A stretch of DNA of 63,553 bases, the filler included, from Intoshia linei (taxonomy: Eukaryota; Animalia; Orthonectida): assembly GCA_001642005.1 (NCBI GenBank). It is 8 parts of 8 records of this genome, joined end to end, with 100 filler letters (N's around TTAATTAATTAA, not from the genome) between each part and the next. Parts side by side here need not be neighbours in the genome. Positions count along the whole stretch, not along the records: positions 52,711 to 57,349 come from LWCA01001935.1; positions 57,450 to 59,776 come from LWCA01002345.1; positions 59,877 to 61,005 come from LWCA01002774.1; positions 61,106 to 62,307 come from LWCA01002856.1; positions 62,408 to 63,553 come from LWCA01002736.1; 3 more parts are not named here. One strand, written 5' to 3'. A model generated the notes under the pieces. It saw only the letters and a program-made list of their open reading frames with translations. It made no database searches and was not told the origin of the DNA. A program made the position numbers and the translations under genes. Below, in pieces: positions 54,749 through 63,553 of this stretch. Within the stretch, counting starts at the first letter, position 1, and the number at the start of each line of letters is the position of its first letter.

Positions 54749-56352
54749 AAATTTATTAATATTACTGTTGATATGACATAATTCTATTTACGTACTTTTT
54801 CATTTATGTGACATAAATTATGTCCACTAGGGTGTCACATGTATTTATAAATACGCCTAGTATACGTTTTTGCAATCTATACATGCAATTGTTTCATAAG
54901 GGTTAACATTAATTATAATTTATAGATGAATTAAAAATTGCTTAAATTTATGAAAAATCAGCACGTATTAAATTAATATCTTAATCCACTTCAATTTCCT
55001 GTTTACAAAGCTTTAAGAGGGGTTTTTTGAGAATTTTTTTTAACAAAACTTTAAGAGGAGTTTTTAAGATTTTTTTTGAAAATTGAAATTGATAAACTCT
55101 GTTAATATTATGTATCAATATAAATAAATTGATCGTAATCTTATTTCATAATTTAATCATTATTTAAATTATGAATAATGTTCGACCAACGGTTGGAGTA
55201 AACGGAGAGGCAACTTGCCCAGGTTAGTAGTAATTTGATATTTAGGTGTTTCACGCAGAGTTGTCCACGTATCATCAAAAAATCCAACCTACTTATTAAT
55301 TTATCAGGAAAAAACTCAACTGTGCAACAACATACCAATTTTTTGTATTTTTGCTTTACACTGAATTCATTTGTCAAATGAATGCTACCTTTTTTAAATT
55401 CTTTACTTATAATTAGGGCGGTTATTTTTTAATTAGGGCAAATTTTGATATCTTCATACGCATCAAATTACAATAAAAATGATAATAATTTTACGTGTAT
55501 TAATTGGCTAATTAAAATTTGATTAAGAATTAATTTTGTTTTATAAAATTTCGTTTTGTTTTGTACTTTTATTTTATGCATGATTGTAGTAAATAAACTT
55601 AATAATTTTTATATCATTCACTAAAAGCAGTTTTTATTTATTCTTAACTTATTTCTATTCACAATATAGGTAATTTAGCAATACTTTTATATCATTAATG
55701 ATTTTTTAAGCATGACAAAATTTTGATACCGTCTTCTGGGGCACTCGACAATATTTTTGTAAAATAGGGCCTCTTTTTTCTAAAGTGAGCATTATATTAT
55801 TGAATATCATGATTATTTTGGGTTTCAAATTTAAAACGTCAATTCAAGCGCCTTAGAAAGATGGCTAAGACTATATCATAACGCATCGATTGTGAAAAAA
55901 TTTACCGTACACGTTATCAGTACCTATATTTTTCATTTTCGTTGGCTTTGAATACGGTAGGTTTAACTCAGGGTGAACTAGTAGCCTACATATATGTATG
56001 TGGTTTATTTTAAGTAATAATGTAGTTGAGCTTTAAAATTTTCAATTTAATTGTATTATTCGTTGATAAAGTGTAAAAATATATTTTTATCGGGAATTTA
56101 AATTTTTGAGATTAATCTTTTATCTAAATTTTAGCGCTCTAAAAAACTGTATTGGAACATTTTTTTATTTAAATTCTATGACTGATAGTTTTTAAAATAA
56201 ACGGGAACACACATATATTCAATTCTATATGAGTAAAGATATTATAAATTAATTACCTGATTCATTAGTTTTTTTTGATTGTTTTTATATGTAAGTAAAA
56301 AATAAAAATAATTTTTTTGCAAAATTGAGTAAATGAACGTTCTTGCTTTATC

Positions 56353-56688
56353 TATATTAAATTGGTTGACTAATTGGTCTTAGTAATTGGCTTTGAAATA
56401 ATGAAATATAGGCTCGGCTGATTGTTTAAACTAAATTGAATTATGTATGCCATACTGTCTAAAATTAGGAAACTAATTATTATTCTTGCTCAATTNAAAT
56501 ATACCTCCAACGCGTAATTGTTAAGCTCTGGAGATATTGGAACAATTATATTAATTTGGTTGACTAATTGGTCTTAGTAATTGGCTTTGAAATAATGAAA
56601 TATAGGCTCGGCTGATTGTTTAAACTAAATAGAATTATGTGTGCCATACTGTCCAAAATTAATAAACTAATTATTATTCTTGCTCAAT
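56353..56688. repeat. Near-identical ~140 bp tandem duplication separated by a single N and a 53-bp copy of the ThrRS contig end
   Basis: 56353-56495 vs 56547-56688; 56497-56549 equals ~52712-52763. Confidence 0.85.
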
Positions 56689-57518
56689 TGGACACTCAAC
56701 ATCACTTGGATTATAATACATATAATAACACATGACACACTCCAACTACAAATTAACATGATTAGCGTATGTTTGATTGTTTCAATATTGAAACGTGTTG
56801 CAACTTGTAACTTACAAGTCAATTGCTGAAATGGAATTTTATTTTAGCAATTTTATAGTAGCAGTACTAGAATTTAAGATGATTATAACTGGCCTATGAG
56901 TATTATAGTTCTGCAACACGATCTGAAGCACTATGCTGTGTGATCCTAAAACGAATAGGATGGTGTTCGATCGAGTCGACGAAATTTTAATAGTACGTCT
57001 TCAATGCATACTATAAATACTCGAATTAATCTACGTTAAATACTGAATAATATTATAATCCTTACTTATATAATATGCTTTGTAATATTTGTTTGTGAGT
57101 GTTACTATTTATTTTAATAACTACCGATCCTAGAATTTTATAAAGTCCACATTTATTTACATTTTTTCCAGAATCTTAGCAAAATAAATTGCAACCTCCA
57201 ACTCACATCTTACGGGTCAAAAAGACCAATTGTCCTTTTTTTGAAAATTTTTATATTTATTACAATGCTTTGCAATATTGGTAAAATTCACCTTACATAT
57301 GTTTATAAAGTACTTATTCCGTTAATTATAAATACATAATTGGTATTTTNNNNNNNNNNNNNNNNNNNNNNNNNNNNNNNNNNNNNNNNNNNNTTAATTA
57401 ATTAANNNNNNNNNNNNNNNNNNNNNNNNNNNNNNNNNNNNNNNNNNNNTTATATTTTATATCAAATTTGTGTCACATATTATTTAAATATTATAATATA
57501 ATAATATAATGTAATATC

Positions 57519-58595
57519 AGGAAAATATATAACATTGGCGAAACGATTATCATTTTTGTATTACGGGAGGTTATACAAAATGTAATGCACCAAAATGCAG
57601 AAACCGTTCTCTCCGTACTTTCTTTGGACGATAAAACTATTCAAAGGCGCATTGACGAAATGGCCAGCAAAGGAAAAACAACTTTTGATTTAGTTTCAAA
57701 TGATTTTCGGAAAAATGATATCTCGTTAAATGATATATTTAGTTGTGCTACAGATGGAGCTCCATCCATGATTGGCCGATATAGAGGGTGCATATCTTAC
57801 TTAAAAAATGAAGTACCAAATGTACTGACAATTTATTATACAATACACAGGCAACATTTAAAATCTAAAAAATTAAGTTATCGATTGCATGAATCTTTAC
57901 AATTTGTAATTGATTCTGTCAATAAAATAAAGGCTAATTTTAAAAATAATCGCATTTTTACTCAGTTATGTTATGAGAACGATGAAAATTACAACAATTT
58001 ATTATATCATACTCAGGTTGGATGGTGTCAAAGGGTTTATGTCATAATAAATTTGGTAATATGTTCAATATTATATTATTCTTTTTTGAAGAAAACGGTT
58101 TTAGTACGTACAATAAGTTAAATATTTTAAAAAATGATATATTTTACCTCAGTGGCGTTTATCAAATGCTTAATAATATTAATCTCAAATTACAGAGAAA
58201 AATCTTAACCATGGTTGATTGCAAACGATATATAAAAAGCGTTATTGATAGAATTTATATCTTTCGAACTCGTTCCCTTCAACATACATGGTAGAATCTG
58301 CGTTTAGTTCAGTTTTAAATATACTCACTAAGCAGAGAAACCGATTAAATATTGTGAATTGTGGAGACCTGCGATTAAATCTAACTAATTTTAAACCGAA
58401 TATAAAAAAAGTTATTGCGAATCAGCAAGCCTAAGGTTTTCATTAAAAAATATTTATTTTAACTTGTAAATAAACATATTACGAATAATATGTTAGGTAC
58501 TCTATCACAAAGTTACCTTTTTTATTTATTATTTATGGATACTATATAATTTTTTATTTTGGGGGCGTTAGCTTAGAAAAGGTTGAGTACCCCAG
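57519..58595 (+). mobile_element. Decayed Buster/ZBED8-type hAT transposase with right terminus
   Basis: TIQRRIDEMA, CATDGAPSMIGRYRG, TIHRQHL, LLYHTQVGW + (frameshift) SKG; C-terminal ESAFSSVLNILTKQRNRLNI..GDLRLNLTNFKPNIKK; ends aaaaggttgagtaccccag. Confidence 0.88.
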
Positions 58596-58644
58596 TCTAA
58601 AGCTAACTAAACATAGCTAACTAATATTTAAAATATTATTTACT

Positions 58645-59580
58645 TAGTTCAGACAAATCTGCAGCTATAATTAATGCGTGCAAATTTTTTGTCGATTACT
58701 GGGCGCCTGCTTAGTTTACTTGTAGAAGACAAACTGAACCAATTGAATTATTACGAGTAATACTGGAAGGTGAAACATTGGAATGCTTTAATGGGAATTT
58801 TATATTGCGATCATATCCTATCAATGTGGATGTTACAAATGAAATATGTGAGAGATCTCTGGGATATGTAAAAAAATTTGTCGACCGTAATATTGTTGAC
58901 ATTGAAACAAAAATTACTGTTAAATTTTAACAAAATAAATATTTAAAATTTTAAAAACTATCGTTTCCATGATTTATCGTAATTTTTTCTAGATAATAAA
59001 GTATTTTCGTTTTTTTTCCTGATTTTAATTAATTAAAACAAAGAAACTAATAATACAAAAAAAACTACACTCAATTGCTTCGAATCTGCATAACATTATA
59101 CATAGCGTCATACAAAAATTATAAAAATTAATCGATTAGAACAAACATAGTTCAATTTTTTAGCTCAGCTTCTAGAGAGTTCATATTACTTTTTTTTATT
59201 AAAATGTGTTTAAAACGTTAATAACTGAATTTCAACATGGACACTCAGATTTTCATATTTAAAATAAATTTATCGTTATTATAAATGTTAGTATTTTTAA
59301 ATTTGACCAATATTACAAAAACCCCTTTTTAAAGAAAAACACCCTGTGAGGTTAAATATTACATTTTTTATGTCCAAATTTGGTATATTATGTCTTAGTG
59401 GGTCATACATTAATCATATCCATCTTTAAAAAAAAAAATGGCGCCAATTAAGAAAAAGGGGAAAAAGCGTGCGAAAACCTTAAAATTAAAAAAGGGTACA
59501 CATTTTTATGGTCATTTTTTCTAAAATTTTATTTTTATGGGTTTTAAAGTACCCTTTTCAAGGTAGGGGGTGGATTTTTT
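58645..59580 (+). mobile_element. hATm-like transposase remnant plus 3' arm of the 9503-10800 family
   Basis: Plus-strand reading CKFFVDYWAPA*FTC...VTNEICERSLGYVKKF (in-frame stop at an expected Trp), followed by sequence aligning to ~10230-10745. Confidence 0.65.
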
Positions 59581-60142
59581 TCGAATCGAAAATTTTGTTT
59601 CATTGGCAATAAATGTCAAAAACAATTTAGATAGTGTGTCCATAAGTACTCATAAATACCAGATAATTTTAGTCAATATTTTACTTGTAATTTTTCACTT
59701 TCTTAATAAAGTGAAGTTTTAAAAATTTATATTTTATATTTTATAAAAACACACTTTATATCGTTTAATTTGGATCNNNNNNNNNNNNNNNNNNNNNNNN
59801 NNNNNNNNNNNNNNNNNNNNTTAATTAATTAANNNNNNNNNNNNNNNNNNNNNNNNNNNNNNNNNNNNNNNNNNNNAGAAATAGGCAAGTATGTATTAAC
59901 TTCCCAAATTTTTGGAAAAATTGAAGCCAAAAAATTGGATCTCTTGGATGAAAAAAGAATCGGAATCGTAAAAATAGTCAACTTTTGCCGATACTGATAC
60001 CGATTTCTAAAAAAAGAACGACTCCAGCGATTCCCGATTCTGATTCCTTGGAATCGTCGCATCACTAGTTATATAACTAAATATTTTATATTAATAATAA
60101 TAATTATATTAATAGATATATTATATGAATGTATCAAATTAC

Positions 60143-61004
60143 CTCCAATTAATTTATTTTGATCTTGATTGTCCTGGTAATGATTCAAATCTATTTCAAT
60201 TTTCTCCAATATTGTCAAAAACATATCGGTTACATTTATTCTTTTCTTCAGTTTCATTCTGTTTGTTCCTTCGTTTTCCTCTGTTTCTTTAGCTTCTTCA
60301 CGATTTTTTCTTTCTTCACCATCGTTTCCGTCTTCATCGTTTTTTCCTTCTTCATCGTCTTTTCCTTCGTCATCGTTTTTTCCTTCTTCACCATCTTTTC
60401 TTTCTTCATCGTCTTTTTCTTCTACATCATTTTTTTCATCTTTATCGTCTTTTCTATTTTTATTGTCTGTTCCTTCTTCATTGTTTTTTCCTTCTTCACC
60501 ATCTTGTCCATCTTCATCGTCTTTTCCTTCTACATCATCTTTTTCATTTTCATCGTCTTTTCCATCTTTATTGTCTGTTCCTTCTTCATCGCCTTTCTCT
60601 TCTTCCTCACCATCTTTTCCATCTTCATCATATTTTCCTTCCTTATCCTCTTTTCCTACTTCATCTTCTTTTTCATTTTCATCGTCTTTTCTTTCTACAT
60701 CATTTTTTCCATCTTCATTGTTTGTTTCTTCTTCATTGTTTTTGCCTTCCTCACCATGGTTTCCTTGTTCGTCTTGATTATTTTCTGAATCCTCCCCTCT
60801 CTTTATAATCATTAATTGCCGTAGCTTCAAACGATTACGTTTTGAGATATTCCCATTAACCCTTTTTACAATAGAATCATATAAGAGATGTTCACCGTCA
60901 TTTAATTTTTTTGTTTCTTCACCATCTTTTTCATCTACCTCTTCTTTTTCATCTTCATCGTCTTTTCCATCTTCATCGCTTTTTCCTTCTTCATCGTCTT
61001 TTCC
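60143..61004 (-). CDS. Exon of a highly acidic E/D/K/G repeat protein (unidentified), open from the gap to a donor at 60142
   Basis: Continuous frame GKDDEEGKSDEDGK...RNRLKLRQLMIIKR...(DDEEGK-like 6-aa/18-nt units)...KLIG|gtaatt. Confidence 0.7.
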
Positions 61005-61269
61005 TNNNNNNNNNNNNNNNNNNNNNNNNNNNNNNNNNNNNNNNNNNNNTTAATTAATTAANNNNNNNNNNNNNNNNNNNNNNNNNNNNNNNNNNNNNNN
61101 NNNNNCGAATATGACAGTTTTTGGTTTCAGGTTTAAATTTTACAAAAAAATTTATTAAGCTCTTTTATTTAGAGCGGAATATTTTCCATTTTTTTGGTAT
61201 GAGAGGGTTTGTTAGGTAAGCTAAGTTACATCTTGTAACTTNTGGATTACACGAAATTTTTTGAATTAG

Positions 61270-61784
61270 ATTCTTCCATAAAACATTTCAAGTCTTATTT
61301 GGATCATAGGTTAAGAATATTTTACATTAATCTTTTAGTCATTAAAAATTTTAAATATAAAAATTTATTTAATTTACAGATTAAACCATTTTAACACTAA
61401 AAGTTCTTTTATTGTCTTTTAGTAAATTTTAACGAATTTTTAGAAATACAAAAAATTTTTGAGTTTATTTTGAAAAATTGCAATACTACCAAAATTTGAT
61501 GGCTACTCTATTAAAAACTTAAAATAAGCAATTTGGCATTAATTTAGTGTATTGATACATATCTATTTTCACTTTTAGATACTATTTTTCAATAGAAATC
61601 TTTAAACAAATGACTCGACATACTGAACATTTACCATTCTACCAAGAAAAATTAGACATGGTTGGAATTCATGGTTTCACGAATGCCCATAAAATTTATG
61701 GTATCCATGCTTATGAAGATGGAACTATAGAAGCTATTGAATGGTGTCCCGGAATTAAAAATATGTATCTTTTCGGAGAATTCA
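61270..61784 (+). CDS. GBE1: 1,4-alpha-glucan (glycogen) branching enzyme, N-terminal fragment (2 exons)
   Basis: 61270-61309 DSSIKHFKSYLDHR; 61579-61784 ...GIHGFTNAHKIYGIHAYEDGTIEAIEWCPGIKNMYLFGEF|gt, matching GBE1 [40 protein letters not shown]. Confidence 0.85.
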
Positions 61785-62659
61785 GTAATTATTTTTAATT
61801 TTGATTACGAATATGACAGTTTTTGGTTTCAGGTTTAAATTTTACAAAAAAATTTATTAAGCTCTTTTATTTAGAGCGGAATATTTTCCATTTTTTTGGT
61901 ATGAGAGGGTTTGTTAGGTAAGCTAAGTTACATCTTGTAACTTATAATAAGAAATATTGAATATTTATTATATATTTATATATCAAAAGACATTCAAAAT
62001 ACGAAATGTTGGGTCATTCCATTTGCACCTTGTTTTATATCAAAATAGCACATATAGTATATATTACATGCCATGTATGTTATACATAGTAGATACTGAG
62101 CGCAGTTTAATGTTTTGCAAAATGTTATGAATATTTTTGATTTTGGTTTAACAAAATTTAAAAATTGCGTAGCAATGAAAAAAATTCCAAAGGAATGAAT
62201 TCTATAGATTTTCACCCATATTTCTTTTTTGGAAATGTGTAGATGTTTAATGCACATTTTTTTTGAATTGTAGGATCAATATTTACATTTTCAATTTTTA
62301 TTTTACANNNNNNNNNNNNNNNNNNNNNNNNNNNNNNNNNNNNNNNNNNNNTTAATTAATTAANNNNNNNNNNNNNNNNNNNNNNNNNNNNNNNNNNNNN
62401 NNNNNNNTTATTTTTTTAAATTTGTTTCTAGCTCAATTTTTTTGGATTTTATTTTTTGTTTCAATAAAATTTAAATAATGTCAATAGCCAGAATTCGATA
62501 AATTAAATTGTTAATAAAATCTAAAAAATTGAGTAGAAACAAATTTTAAAAAACAAACAGTATAACTAAACATGGAGCAAATATTATAAAGTCGGTACCA
62601 CGTTTAAAAGATCAAAAGCCAATTTCCGTTATAATAAAGTTCAATTTTAATTTTTTAAT

Positions 62660-62822
62660 ATATAGTATATATATAGAAAAATTTAAATGGTCAGGATATT
62701 TTCAATATTTGTTGAAATGCATAAATACTTTGGATATATCATTTTTTTATACTTGATCACTATTATACCTAAGGATGTTCAAAAATATAATTTTTAATTT
62801 TTTTTTGAGACACCTTACTGTA
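62660..62822 (-). mobile_element. Tc1/mariner-like element end
   Basis: Reverse complement of 6071-6230; terminal ...ctgTA. Confidence 0.55.
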
Positions 62823-62872
62823 CAGCACAGTGTACGTTTGAATAAGTTCTAAGTTTGCCAAAAATTACTTAC

Positions 62873-63274
62873 TTGATCGTTATCTATTGAAAAATAATTG
62901 ATGGATTTTGAGAGGAGTATCTAATCTTTAAAATATTTAATGTTAAACCCCTTTTTGAATTGGAGAATTGTATTAAACTAACATAAATAAGTGATTTTGT
63001 TGAAATAAAATACAGTGTAGAAATGTAGTTTCGTATAAAATTATGATATGTGTAGAATATGAACGCTGTGTCCATTATTATTCTTTTTATGAAATGCTGA
63101 ATCAGTTGCTAATAGTCATTTGATAACTATCAAAAGAATTACTCTTATTTAAAATGTCATTTTTGTCGGCCTGTAATTGAATTCATCAGAATGACTGAAA
63201 CACCAAAAGGACGGTAACATATAGACATTTTATGCCCCGCTAACCCAGACCATTTGACATCGGTATGTCACTGC
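62873..63274 (-). CDS. Possible short exons of an unidentified gene
   Basis: AG..GT-bounded short open segments (AVTYRCQMVW; ADKNDILNK; ILLSKSINYFSIDNDQ|gtaagt) with ~35-nt spacing; no recognisable homology. Confidence 0.25.
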
Positions 63275-63553
63275 CTAATATATCCGTTCAAATATACGCG
63301 CGTTGAATTAAAATTAATTAATAATAATTAAATGTTTAATAATACACTTAAAATACAATTAATAGTAGCAATGAAAGTTACAATTTAACTTTCATTTATG
63401 TACGTTTTTCTAAATTATATTGATATTATAGATGTACAACAAGTATTTCCTAACCGTAGGACTAGGCCCACCGGTGGTATATCGTAAAATTGGTGGAATT
63501 TTCACTAATTAATTCAAATTTTTAAAAATTTAGATTAATTTAATGTTAATTTT

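Noticed and set aside
60159-60788. 209-aa Phe/Ile-rich plus-strand ORF (and Ser-rich ORF 60463-60777) as a membrane protein
   Set aside because: Antisense shadow of the purine-rich acidic repeat exon.

Overview
Very AT-rich eukaryotic (animal) genomic DNA with many 33-45 nt GT-AG introns plus larger, MITE-filled introns. This style suggests a compact-genome invertebrate parasite, possibly an orthonectid (inference only). The window is 8 contigs joined by 100-nt artificial linkers (44N-TTAATTAATTAA-44N). Genes were reconstructed by manual exon reading: phosphorylase kinase alpha (-, runs off the window start), a MOB2-like gene (+), glucose-6-phosphate isomerase (+, cut by a gap), a saposin-domain gene (+), ISWI/SMARCA5 (-), tRNA-Leu(AAG), WRAP53/TCAB1 (+), a 3-finger Zic/Gli-type zinc-finger gene (+), a Notch-ligand-like gene (-), threonyl-tRNA synthetase (-), an acidic E/D/K/G repeat exon (-) and a glycogen branching enzyme fragment (+). 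There are also many hAT, piggyBac, Tc1-like and Helitron-like non-autonomous elements. Most notable: (1) the Notch-ligand-like protein has the architecture signal peptide-MNNL/C2-DSL-vWA (intact MIDAS)-EGFx3-DSL-EGFx2; (2) a hidden upstream mini-exon adds a mitochondrial-type presequence to ThrRS; (3) MOB2 has three phase-matched candidate alternative first exons; (4) one repeat family carries Helitron-like hairpin+CTAG termini at both ends. All homology calls are from remembered family motifs, not database searches.
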